In this document: one piece after another, positions 36,601 through 49,700 of the stretch
Layout: each line of letters begins with the position of its first letter
Position numbering within the stretch: position 1 is the first letter of the stretch
Source: Eukaryota sp. GEM-RC1
Lineage: Eukaryota
DNA length: 64,000 nucleotides
Assembly (NCBI GenBank): GCA_040285855.1
Contig: JAUFOQ010000004.1
Coordinates: forward strand, 2,294,001 to 2,358,000
Reading direction: 5' to 3'
Made by a program: the position numbers and the translations under genes
Notes under the pieces: model-generated
The model's database searches: none
What the model saw: the letters and a program-made list of their open reading frames with translations, nothing else
Told to the model about the DNA's origin: nothing

Positions 36601-38728
36601 TGATCCTGTTAAAATCAGTGATCCTGTTAAAGGGAAAGGATTTGGAGTTACAGATTGAATAAAAGGTCGTTTAAAACAATATTTAAAGAATGAAATTTCA
36701 AAATCAGTTGATCTTGATATAATCATTTCATGACATCCGAGACCCTCAAAAAGAAAATATTTAAAATCTCATGATTGTTTGAAGAATACTCAAGACTTTG
36801 ATTGATTGAAGCTGTAGAATGATGAATAACAATAGGATCTAACCCAAGATTAAAAAGCAAAAAGTGGTACCAATCCACCTCTAGTTGGAGGTTCTAGACT
36901 AACAAACTCAATAGGACAAATAGGAATGAACAATTGGTAGGAAAACAGGATTTGATCGATAATAAAATTTAAAAGAATTGAAGGATCAGAATAACTAAAG
37001 GATTTAGAATGTTCAAGAACTAGACTTAGAGAGTCTAAATGATAGAAGTACTGGAAACTTTGACTTTGTTGGACAGAGATCGACATTAGATTCTCCAGTA
37101 CAAAAATATCATCGAATTGAAACGAAACCTGACAGATAGACGTGTTACAGCAATGTTTTGATGGAAAAATTGAAATATTTGAAGACAATTGAGAAAGATC
37201 AACAACATAATCAGAGCCAGTAATTAAGGATTCTTCATCAATTGTTATAGATTTTGAAATTATTGGAAAATTTGAATTAAATGAACAACTTGATCTGATC
37301 AAAGTCATTGACGAGAGAAAGAGATAATTACTAAGATCAACTAGAAAAAGTCGCGATTTCTCCAGATAAAAGCTATTCTTAAATACACCATTAGAAATAC
37401 AAGCAGAGATATTGGAGTTGAAAAACATCAATTCTGACTCAATCATGATGACGTCATCAATTGAAGAATCAAGCAATGATGTCATGCAATCAGTTTTGAT
37501 AAATTATTGAAGGTTACGTTAGATTGACGGAGGTTAAGGAAGATTTGAAAATCAAAATGTCTAACGACTGTGTCTTCCAATAGAACTGTAGAATCAAATG
37601 AACTTGAGAAAGTATTTGAAGAAACGTTAGTAACTAAAAACTCTTTGAAAATAATTGTAGAGTTATAGAAGGACAATAGCTTATCAATAAAGATTGATAA
37701 GTGGGATTGAATCGAAGCAGCAATTAAGCAAGAAAATGATATAGAAACAAAGGAATTGAACGAAGTGTTTGAAATAAGAAGAGATTCAAGGCTAATATCA
37801 GAATCAAATCCAGTAATTAGAGTTACTCCAACAGAATCTTGAATGGAAAAGTCTAAAATTGAAATATTAGTACTTTCGAAATTAATTAAGGAATCTATAT
37901 TTGATCCATCAACTCTGACATTCTGTAATATAGCTTCTGAACAATTATTAAAATAGAAGACATCATGAGTAATGTCAAAGAACGCAAGGTGCTGACCATC
38001 AAACGAACCAGCAACAATACTGAACCATTGTGTAAAATTTGAAAATTTAAAATCCAGATAATTCAAAATCAAAGCACTTTCATACCCATCAATGAAGAAA
38101 TCTCCAAAAGTGTTAAAAATGTCACAATTAGTAATTGTCAATTCAGAATTGTTGAGATTAAAAATGGAATTAGAAATAATGTCACTGAAAACCGAATGTG
38201 AAATGATCAAACTTGAAGAATCTGAATCAATCAAAGAATTTACAATTAGATTGTCAAAAGTTGAAGTAAACATTGTTACTAAAGATGATGATGATATAGA
38301 AAAAGAAAGATCGCAAGTTCTCCAGTAAACGTAGAATTAGAAAATTCAAATTCAGACATTACAATTTCAAAAGAAAAAGAAGTAAAACTGGATGAACATA
38401 CAGTAAAACTGGAATCAAAAACAACTCCATCAGAAAACATATTCAATGATTGAAAAGTAGAGTTATTGACAGAAACAGAGGAATTTGAAATATGAAAAGT
38501 TCTACAAGTTGAAGTATTTACCGAAACATTTGAGAGAACAAAAACTGAATCATCAATCTCAAATAAAGTCTCATCCCTTCCTTCAATCATCACGTCACCA
38601 AGACCAATCACCTCCCAGTCAACATCACTTATCTTCCCCAATCCTTGATTAAAAGAGTAACTTCCTTCATGGAAATAAACCTTCCCTTTTCTTCCCATTC
38701 TTTCTAAAACTCCTTTAAAAGAAGCACA
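30178..38728 (-). repeat. Right arm of 8.55-kb inverted repeat
   Basis: Reverse complement of 17797-26347; identity stops abruptly after GACTCTGGCGAAC. Confidence 0.9.
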
Positions 38729-41700
38729 AGGGGTATTAAAAGATCCACAACAAGGATCATCAATACCAGTGGCAGATACATATGAGACTTGATCTAAATG
38801 AGCAATATATTCCTCAAATGATCCTAGTACTGAAGTGGAAGTGTAAATAATTTTAAAAATTGAAGAACACGTACTATTAACTGAAGTAAATTCCCCAATA
38901 AGATTAGAAGAACTGACAAGTAGAAACTCATGACCACTCCAATACTTGAAAGGATCAAAATCTACTTCCAAAGTTCCATCTAAATATACAGTTGAACCAA
39001 CAAATATCTTAGTAGAAGTATTGGTGTCAACAACTTCAATAGAAACAGTAGAAGAAAGTGAAAGAACAAGGTCATTCTCAAAAACAATTAAAGGTAAAGG
39101 TATGATTTTACCTGAGTTTGAAGTGGTATCAAAAACTACTCCAGAACCACTTAAAACTTGAAAATTTAATAATTTAAAATCCTGGTTCAAATTAACATTC
39201 GAATCTGAAAGAACTACATCCAAAGAAGGAGAAAATGTAACAAAAGAAAATGTAACATCATTTCTCATCAAAACATCAGAATGACATGCAATAGATCCAC
39301 TAGAAGACTGGAATTCTGAAACTGACACGTCATCAAAAGTCACGTGACTGAAGAAATCAAAAGAATCGGATAATTGAACTTCTCCAGAGACTGAAGAAGA
39401 ATTAGTGACTGACGATCGAACAATTAAAGAAGATGAGAAATTACCAGAATTAATTTTGGAAAATTCAGTAATTACAAATTGTGAATTTCCAATAAGTTGA
39501 CATTGCGAACACCAAAAATAATGAACAATAATTTCAAAATCATACATTAATTCAAAAGTTGAAAACGATAAATCTAAAACGTGGACATTGGAAAAGTCAA
39601 ACTCATTCCGCAAATGACTGTTGATTGCAATCAAACTCAGTGTCGAAGACGAAATATCGACTGAAGTATCAAAATACAGCTCACTGGAATTCAAAGTGAT
39701 AGAAATGTTTTCAGACACTATTGTGGTACCCTGAGTGAATATCACTAACGAGTGATTAAAGAGTTGGAGTGATTGTAACTTGTCAAAAGTAGCCTCATTT
39801 GATTGAAGAATTGATGAAGTTAAAGTAATTGATCTCAAGTCAAACTTAGACGACAACAACGTCACTTCTGAATTAACTAAAGAAAGTTTACCTTCTCCAA
39901 GAATTCCAGTCAGAGGATCATAATTTAATTGACCAACTTCCTCAGCTGATAAACTCTTTCTAAACACTTGAACAGCACGAATTCTTCCAGTAAAACTAAC
40001 ATTTGATGACGACATTGGACTTATTTCCGAAAGTGGCAAAACAGCAGGACCACCACTAGAACAATAATATCGTTGAGTATTACTAGGAGTATTATCAGCA
40101 ACACTCTTACCATTAACATAAACACGCATCGTACCATCAGTGGCAGTAACTACTAAATGAAACCATGTCTCAAGAGGAAAGTCATAGGGAGTCGAGTTAG
40201 GACCCCAACGGACTCTGTAACTTTCAATAAAGAAAGTACAACGCCACCCATTATGACCGAAACCGAAACCTCCTTCTTGTATGTATATCCATATTGAAAT
40301 AGAAGCCCATCTCCACCCAGTTAGACCAGGAATATTTGGAACATGAAGGGTATCACCAGGTTTGATATCCAAATAACCACCTGATTCATCACGTTTAAAC
40401 TCAGGTCCATCAATTGTGATTGTATCGGGATCATGATTTCCAGAGCGGTCAATATTATTGTAAGAATTAAACCAACTACAATATAAAAAGGAATTTAAAT
40501 CTGCGTTTGGATCTGAACCTTTTAATGTAACATTAATGACGTCAACAAACATTAATTCACCGAGACTATCAAGCTCAATCGAACCATGATTCCAGACAAA
40601 GTGTCTGTTAACTATCAGTTTGTGAGAGTGAAGGACAACGTGATCACCTTCCAAAACAAGAGAATCAACTGAAGTAAATGACGAGGAAGAAGAAAGATCT
40701 GAACGTAAAGTACCACCTTTGAGAAGAAGAACATCAGAAATAGTCAGAGTTGAGTTATTCTGGAAGAAAAGGACGACACTAGAGGAAAGAGATAGAGAAG
40801 TAATGGTAACAGTAGAATCTGGAAAGAACAACAAGAGAAGTTGGCAGAAATTGAACAAATTGAACTGTAACATCATTTCTCATCAAAACATCAGAATGAC
40901 AAGTAATAGATCCACCAGAAGACTGGAATTCTGAGACTGACACGTCATCAAAAGTCACGTGACTGAAGAAATCAAAAGAATCGGATAATTGAACTTCTCC
41001 AGAGACTGACGAATTAGCAACTGATTGTTGAACAATTAAAGAAGATGAGAAATTCCCAGAATTAATTTTAGAAAATTCAGTAATAACAAATTGTGAGTCT
41101 CCCAAAAGTTGACATTGAGAACACCAAAAATAATCAACAAATATTTCCAAATCATACATTGATTCAAAAGTTGAAAACGATAAATCTAAAACGTGGACAT
41201 TGGAAAAGTCAAAATCATTCCGAAAACGACTGTTGATTGCAATCAAACTCAGTGTCGAAGACGAAATATCGACTAAAGTATCAAAATACAGCTCACTTGA
41301 ATTCAAAGTGATAGAAAAATTATCAGACGATATTGTCGTGCCCTGATTTAACATCACTAACGAGTGACTAAAGAGTTGGAATGAATGTAATTCATCAAAA
41401 GTAGCGTCATTTGATTGAAGAATAGATGAAGTTAAAGTAATTGATCTCAAGTCAAACTTAGACGACAGCAACGTCACTTCTGAATTAACTAAAGAAAGTT
41501 TACCTTGTCCATAGATTCCAGGGGGTACAATATCTAATTCTCCAATCTCTGATACTGTTAAAGTCTTTTCAAAAAATTGCACTGCACGTATTTTTCCTTT
41601 AAAAGGCCGTGAAAGTGGCCCAAGATTCGTATGTGACCCCAAATCAGCAAGTGAAAATTGCGGCGGATCAGTAGAACAAAAATAGGGACTACTTGGATTC

Positions 41701-44199
41701 AATGTCTTCTCTTCTTTCCCGTTAATATAAAACCGTGCTCTTGTTTGATCAGTTGTGACTACCAAATGAAACCACTCATCACGCGGGAACTCGTAATCAA
41801 TAGCATTGTCACCTCCCCCACCCTACACGAACAGTACGAAAATAGAACCTGCAATTGTTAGATGAAATCCAAAATCCCATACCTCCGTCTTCAATCAAAA
41901 GCCAAATTGAGATCGAAGCATCTCTCCAACCATGTGGTCCAAGCAAATTGGGAACACGAAGAGTATTACCGGGATTTACATCCAAATAACCACCTTGTTC
42001 ATCACGTTTCCATTCGGGTCCAGCAATTGTGATCGCATCGAGATCATGATTGCCCACAAGGTCGATGTGGTTCAATGAAAAGTGCCAACTATAAAATAAA
42101 AAGGGGTTTAAATGAGAATATTGATCAGGACTTTTTAATGTAGCATTGATGACGTCAACAAACACTAATTCACTGAGACTGTCAAGTTCAATTGAACCTC
42201 GTTTCCAATCAAAGAGTCTATTAACTATCAGTTTGTGAGAGTTGAGGACGGTGTGATCACCTTCCAAAACAAGAGAATCAACTGAAGTAAAAGAGGAAGA
42301 GGAGGAAAGATCTGAACGTAAAGTACCACCTTTGAGAAGAAGAACATCAGAAATAGTTAGAGTTGAGTTATTTTGGAAGAAAAGGACGACGTTAGGTACC
42401 AGCGTTAGAGAAGTCATGGTAACAGTAGAATCTGAAAGAACAACAAGAGAAGTTGGCAGGAATTGAATAAGATTAAATGTAACATCATTTCTCATCAAAA
42501 CATCAGAATGACAAGTAATAGATCCACTAGACGACTGGAATTCTGAAACTGACACGTCATCAAAAGTCACGTGACTGAAGAAATAAAAAGAATCTGATAA
42601 TTGAACTTCTCCAGAGACTGAAGAATTAGTAACCGACGGTTGAACAATTAAAGAAGATGAGAAATTTCCAGAATGAATTTTGGAGTATTCAGCAATTACA
42701 AATTGTGACTGTCCAATAATTTGACATTGAGAGCACCGAAAATAATCAACAATAATTTCAAAATCATACAATGACTCAAAAGTTGAAAATGTTAAATCTA
42801 AAACATGGACATTGGAAAAGTCAAACTCATTACGAAAACGACTGTTGACTGCAATCAAACTGAGCATTGGAGACAAAATTTCTATTGAAGTATCAAAATA
42901 CAGCTCACTTGAATTCAAAGTAATAGAAATAGTTTCAGACACTATTGTCGTACCCTGATTTAAGATCACTAACGAGTGATTAAACAGTTGGAGTGATTGT
43001 AATTCGTCAAAAGTAGCCTCATTTGACTGAAGAATTGATGAAGTTAAAGTAATTGATCTCAAGTCAAACTTAGACGACAACATCTTCACTTCTGAATTAA
43101 CTAAAGAAAGTTTACCTTGTCCATGAATTCCAGTTGGAGGTTTATAATGCAACTCACTAACTTCAGTTGCTGTTAAAGTCTTGGTAAAAAACTGTACAGC
43201 ACGAATTTTCCCTTCAAATTGAGTACCTAATGGTTGTATTTCAGAAAGAGGAAAAACCATGGAAGGATCACTACTACAAGAATACGAATGAAGAGATCCA
43301 TATGGACCATTGCCAATTCCATCAACATAGATATAAGTAGAGGAATGATCAAAAGTCAAAACTAAGTGAAACCACTTTTGTAGAGGCAATGACACCTCAA
43401 ACTGACCAGAACCCCACCGTATTAAAGTAGGAGTAATTTGAATTATACAGGGCCAAGCATTTGAGCCGAAACCCATTCCACCTGCTTCAAACCACAGCCA
43501 TATGGAAATAGAAGCGTGTTGCCAGCCTGCTGGTCCAAGTAGATTTGGAACATGTAGAGTATTGTCAGTGGTGATGTTCATATAACCCCCTGCTTCATCA
43601 CGTTTCCATTGAGGTCCATCAATTATGATTGCATTGGGATCGTGTCTTCCTGATAGATCAATAGTATTAAATGAGGAGTACCAGTTGTAATACAGAAAAA
43701 GATCTGGATGGGAATATTCATCAGACTTTTCCAATGTCACATTGCTGACATCAACAAACATTAATTCACTGAGGGCATCAAGTTCAATTGAACCGCGTTT
43801 CCAATCAAAAAGGTAATTTACTATCAGTTTGTGAGAACTAAGGCCGTTGACACCTTCTAAAACAAGAAAATCAACTGAAGTAAAAGATGAAGAAGAAGTA
43901 AGATCTGTACGTAAAGTACCACCTTTGAGAAGAAGAACATCAGAAATGGTCAGAGTGGAGTTATTTTGGAAGAGAAGAACGACATTGGAGGAAAGAGATA
44001 AAGAAGATATACTAACGTTGGAAGCGATAGTGATGGTGATGAGAGTGGCTTGAGTGGGAAGAAGAACAGAAGAAGCGATTGAGGGAACGTGATTGGGATC
44101 CCAATTGCTACTGTCAGACCAGAGTCCACCAGTAATGGAACCCCACTGATGTATAGAACCCAGAACACAGCAACAAAATACAGAAACTAAGAGAAACAT
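32209..44199 (-). CDS. Giant surface-protein family copy 2 (~4000 aa if frameshifts are corrected): signal peptide, 3 x (beta-solenoid + LamG-like), beta-solenoid, IPT/TIG-like, Cys-rich repeats, multi-TM tail
   Basis: ATG 44199 (MFLLVSVFCCCVLG, then W...GLWSDSSNWDP). LamG/pentraxin-like motifs SISIW, WFHLV, YV(D/N)G, F.G.IRAVQ; IQSVTP..G..L.LTG.DF (IPT-like); CLCPKG..CVECP.NYYS..CRSC (GCC2/ephrin-receptor-like); hydrophobic C-terminus. Split across nine ORFs by single-base shifts. Confidence 0.75.
39290..44020 (-). repeat. Three tandem intragenic ~1.61-kb units in copy 2 (scaffold + LamG-like domain)
   Basis: The marker AAGTCAAACTTAGACGAC occurs at 39837, 41449 and 43061 (spacing 1612 and 1612). 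Flanking scaffold peptides (FQNNSTLTISDVLLLKGGTLR; SSKFDLRSITLTSSILQSN; HVTFDDVSVSEFQSS) are repeated nearly identically. Unit boundaries are approximate. Confidence 0.88.
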
Positions 44200-45720
44200 G
44201 ATTGGGTTTTTGGGGGTGGAGTGATTCAAGGGTGACCAAAGTTTCCTTCACCATTCTTAGTCTAAGGGCCTAGGCTGACTTTCTTCACACCTCTTTTTCT
44301 CTTTGCAGCAAAATGTCCACAATAAACCATCTTCATTCTCACTGACTGATCATAAACCCCGTTTTTTTCTCTCTAATCAGATGATATGCTATTTAATGCA
44401 GTCATAGTTGTTAAGAAGCAGAATGTTGGATCACGAATGACTATCAGTTTGAGGTCGACATCGTTTCTTATCATCAAACTCACTAGTATACTTCCTGTCG
44501 AATTAGCCATCTTCATCACCTAAGTTCTTTCGGCTTCATCTATTAACACGCACCTTCTTTGGAAAGAAATCTTGTAGTAAAGCTTGGAGACGTATTTTCT
44601 ATTTGACATCCTTCATCTTCCTTCCTTCATGAATTCTTCCTATTCCTTTGTCATTTATTCTCGCTAGAATTTCTCTAGCACTAGAACTTTAGAGAACTAT
44701 GTCTCAAGAGAGATGAGACAAGTTGAGATAAGACATACATCCCACCTATGCTTTCATGATTTCCCATCACATATAATCAACAACAGTACAGGTCATTCCT
44801 ATCTAGTTTCATAGTGCATCAAGTAGTTGACCATCAATCTTATATTTAACCAACCATTTGGTCTTCAGCTATGTTTCTTAGATATTTTCTACCACTTAGA
44901 AAACCAATTGAAGACACATATTGCCGGAAATCCTAAATAAACATGTATGTTGGAACCTGATTGATGAATTCATCCACTATGAGGCTTTTGATGGTTCGAT
45001 TGATGTTCCCAGTTTAATTCAATTTCATATTTATTTGTTCGATTCTTTTTTTTTTGAGTTGTGTTCTTGTTGTTTATTTTTCTCCGTACATAAACCCACC
45101 CTTTTTTAATTCACATGTTTCACAGTGGGCACTTTCATCTTGAACCTCCCTTGAAGAATAGTCGATCGGCTCGTGATATTCTACCAAGTACTGACATTGA
45201 TGGCTGTAGTACCTAACAATCTATCTATGAGACATATTCAGCTTCGTTTTCTTCTTTCCGTGTTTCTCTCACTTTACTGAGAAAAAGTATCAGCAGTCTT
45301 TGATACATCTTCACTTTTTTTTGAAATGTCTTTTCAAACGTAACAGTCGTATTCCTTCCCCTCATCGTTATCTTCTTTGTTTGCATGAAGAACTACCATA
45401 TTTCCTCTATCGTTTGCTACGTAAGCCATCATTTCTTTGAATCGTCTCTTTTGGCAGTCACAGTGTATGTAAACACGTTTCACTTAGTACATGAAGACCT
45501 TCCTCAACTTTTTTTCTTTTGCTTCTTTCTTTGGAGGTGTACAGTCTGTTTTCTTGCATGTGTGCACGTTTTTTAATGTTGAACAAGTTCTTATTTATTC
45601 AAGTAGAATTACCGGTATGAAGCTGTGTCGACATCCCAACGATTTTGGGCACCTCACCAAGTAATTAAATATAATAATTGATATAAAATAATTAATAATT
45701 AAATTGTATGAGTTTTAGTT

Positions 45721-45999
45721 TTGGATCAGCAACATTGTGACTGCGGAAGATGGCAAACAGAAGCCATTCCCTGTACTCATGCGTGTATGGCTTTAATGTC
45801 GGTTAACTCAAAGCCCTTGGAGAACGTAGATGTATGTTTTGCGAGGAAGACTCAGAGTAAGATTTATGAGAGTTGGGTAGTTCCTCCCCGAGATAGAAGT
45901 GTTTGGACAAGATATGCTACTCCTTTAAGTCCTCCTGATGTAAAACGTGGCGTCGGAGCACCAAAGAAGAAACGGCACCGTAGTGTGTATGAGTTTTAG
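45721..45999 (+). mobile_element. Mutator-like (MULE) transposase C-terminal remnant with SWIM zinc finger
   Basis: CDCGRWQTEAIPCTHAC (SWIM CxC..CxH) followed by VD..F...Y...P...W...L.PP...R..G.PKKKR, the usual MULE tail. No DDE core is present. Confidence 0.75.
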
Positions 46000-46770
46000 T
46001 TTATTATCTTAGATATGTCGGCAAAAGTCATAATAAAGAAGCTTAGAAGGAAGGTTGATTCTTCACTGGTATATTTGATATGGGTATGGTAGTTTTGAAA
46101 ATTAAAAATGTTGTCACTGGTATTTTTGTGAAAGGCCCTTGTTTTAATGATATCAAATTTCAGTTGTTTGATCTATTACATTTAAAATACAATATTGAAA
46201 ATTAATAAAAAACTATCGGCCAAACTATTATGTTCCTTCTTTAACAATCGCTAAGGACAGTTATTGTTTTAAGTTAAGAGATCATCAATCAATTTGGGAA
46301 TAATACAACTTTAGGTACTTGAGAATAATTCTACTGTAGACATAAGGACAATGACTTCTTGATCAGCAGGTCATTGTCATAATCAATTTTGATTTTTAAT
46401 CGACAACAAATGTTAAATGTGGTGAGTAGAGTATCTACATGAGACTACAAAATAATAATATTGAATAATTCCTATCAGATTTTAGGTTTAGTATATTACA
46501 TATATAAATGACACCTGAGAGATAAAACAATTGCAATTGATATGTCTCACGCTATTGTAGAATTATAATGTTGAACGTCGTTTTCGTCAAAGTTCAAGTA
46601 TAAGACCGGCTCTGGTGACGTGTTAAAACACGCAGAAACAAATGCTAAGAGAAAATCAGTGCGCCATTGATATTTTCGGTGGTACAGCAATCATTGCTCT
46701 ACATTAATTAGAATACTGTTCAATTGTAAATTCAATAGTTTCATGAATTCCAGAAAGCGCCAAGAAGCAT

Positions 46771-49700
46771 TTAAACATTTGAAATATTGAAAGTATACAG
46801 AATGCTGACAAATGATAATAATGCATATAAATATTGATCAATAAATACGGACGACACACTCAAAACCAACAGTAATATTGTTTGAATTATTAAATGTAAT
46901 GAAAACGGCAAAAGGATGACGTGATCATTGTAATGAAAACAAGTAGAGAAGCAAAATGCGAGGTATGTCGTTGAAGAAATAAAACAACAACAACATAAAG
47001 ACAGTGAAGAATTAGAAAGATAAAGTAAATGAGTGGTTGAGACGAAATATACAAATGTTGATACACAGTTCCAAATATAAAAATAATTGAAAACATGGAT
47101 GAGGCTGTTAAAAATGCACTGTGACAAAATTTAAAATGTTTTAGTCCTTTAAATGTAATGTTAGCTGAGAGAAAAGAAAGATTCAGAAATAAAAACACCA
47201 GGAAAAATACGAATCCGAGTCGAATTTAAAAATTGAAAAAATAAATTCGAAAAATACCACAGTGGTGCTTACTGATTTAAACAAGACTATGGAAACAGTA
47301 AATGGTATTGTAAATAAGAAATTATTAAAACGCGTCATTGATCTAAAAACTTGGTTTCTGAGAGACTTTGAGGTTGTATAATTGAAGAAATGTCGATGAG
47401 ATTGTTTTAAATCCAACAATTTGGACATTGAAACATCTGTCATCAAAATTATGGTCACTAATAGAAATAGCAGCAGAAACTTGATCAATAAATGCTCTTT
47501 CCCAATACAGTAAATTCTACTGAAAACAGCATCTTCAGTACAGTATTGACATAAATCTCCATATGCATGACGTGATCTGCAAGAATTGTCTTGACAATTG
47601 AACCAAAAACACACTCATCTAGTTCCCAAGTATCAGTATTTAATCTAAAACCAGATTGAATTCCAGTCAAATTTCCATATTCACAATCAGCTAAATGAGG
47701 ACAAGGTAAACAAGAATCTATGGAATCTAGAGTGTTTAAAGGACAAACACATTGGTCAAGATCATTAGAACCTTTTGAAGAGTAACTCTAGGAAAAGGAC
47801 AAGATCTACATTCGGAATTAAATTCTGAATTTGAATAATAATTCAATGGACATTCAACACATTCACCAAAAAAATTAAATTCCATTCCTTTTGGGCATAA
47901 ACATCGCTGTTGGGAATTCAATTTAGGAAGGCGGCAATCATTTGTGATTAGGTTGAGTGTTATTGACTGAGACAAATAGGAAAGTGTAATCAGAACTGAT
48001 TGACGAGGATAACTAATAATTTCAAGAACATCATTAACCACACTTAAAACCACTTGGTCATTAGTTGTAACAAATGATAGTTGAGAAATGTCATTACTTT
48101 CTGAAATATTTAAAAAATGATGTTGAGTGATTAAAGAAACGAAAAGTCTGAGAACCGTACAAGATTTGTCAAACAACATATCTTCAGAATAATCAAATAT
48201 AAATGATGATTCTACAACTAAAATTTCTGCAAACTTTTGAACAACAGAAATATTGGTTTTGAAATATTGTTCATTGAACTCTAATTCGACATAATGGTTA
48301 GAGTAACTGAAACTAGATAAGGTTGAGAACGACAAACTACTCGCAGATAATTCAAAAGAAGTATAATTAAATGAAGAATTCAGTACTGATAAATTACCAG
48401 TGCACTCAACAATAAATCCAATTGAATCGACACAGAAAATTGGAATAGAAATATTTAAATAACTCCCATCAATTTCAATATAATTCCCAACAAAAATCAA
48501 TTTAACAGGATTACTAGGAGTAAAGGTAATTGTAAATGGAACCATTGACTGAACACAATTAGATGATACTAGAAACAAAGTAAACGATAGTTGAGAAGCA
48601 GCAATATAATTAGAAGACTGTGAAATGCCATTTTTAAATTGTTCAAAAGTATATTTTTCATTGTCCATTTGTAAATGAATTTCGGCTTCTATTTCTTCTC
48701 CCAAAGCAGTAAGTCCTTTGTTGATATCAACTGGAGTTACACAAAAATTTGATTCGTAACCATAAAATTCCAACTCTATAAGAAATAAATCACTTTTACA
48801 AACTAGAATTAATTCAGAAATTGCTGGAATCACAACATCTATTTCACACATTAAAGCAAAAGCAAAACCACTGGGAATTTGTTTACATGAAAAACTAGGA
48901 GTAATTGATTGATTGTTGACAATCAAAGAAAAGGGAAGGTCAAAATCAGAACCTTGGCAACTAGAGTTTGTTGTAATTATGATTTTGAAGAGATCAAAAG
49001 TAAAATTGAACTTAATTAAAATAGCATCATTGAATGACAAAAATTCAGAACAAAAAGACACGTCAACATTACAGCAACGTGATCCATCAAATATTAAATT
49101 ATTAGAAATGTTTGCAAAAAACAGTGAATTGTGAATCGAAGGATGATGTGATTGAGGTAAAAAGCACACCTCTTGTAAAAAAAGCTTCTCCACTAACAGT
49201 AAAAGAATTAACCAACAAAGTCTCAAAATAAACATCGACCAATACATTTTCCTGAAAAGTAGAAATAATTAAATCTCTACAAATTAATGATGATGACGTG
49301 ATTGAAGCAGTAAATGAATATCCACTAACTACACAGTATAACTGAGAGAAAAGAATTCCTGAGAATTCAGCTAGAATATCACGATGTTCATAAACACTGA
49401 CGTGAACTGAGCTGACTAAATCAGTATTAAATATTTTAATATTTCCAATACTTTGACTTTGGAACCCAATGTTTTTCCAAGTTAATTCTAAATCACTTTC
49501 ACCAACAATAAAACTAAATGAGGAAATATTGAAGGAATATGAATAAGTGTAAGGGAAGACATCAAATTCAGAAAAAGTTAAGTCAACATGGTCGTGAACT
49601 ATAATCGAATTATTGAGTAGAAATTGAGAGAATAATGCGCACTGTGAGAGAACTGAAATCCTAATAATCACGTCATCAATGGTTGAAAACATCAATGGAG

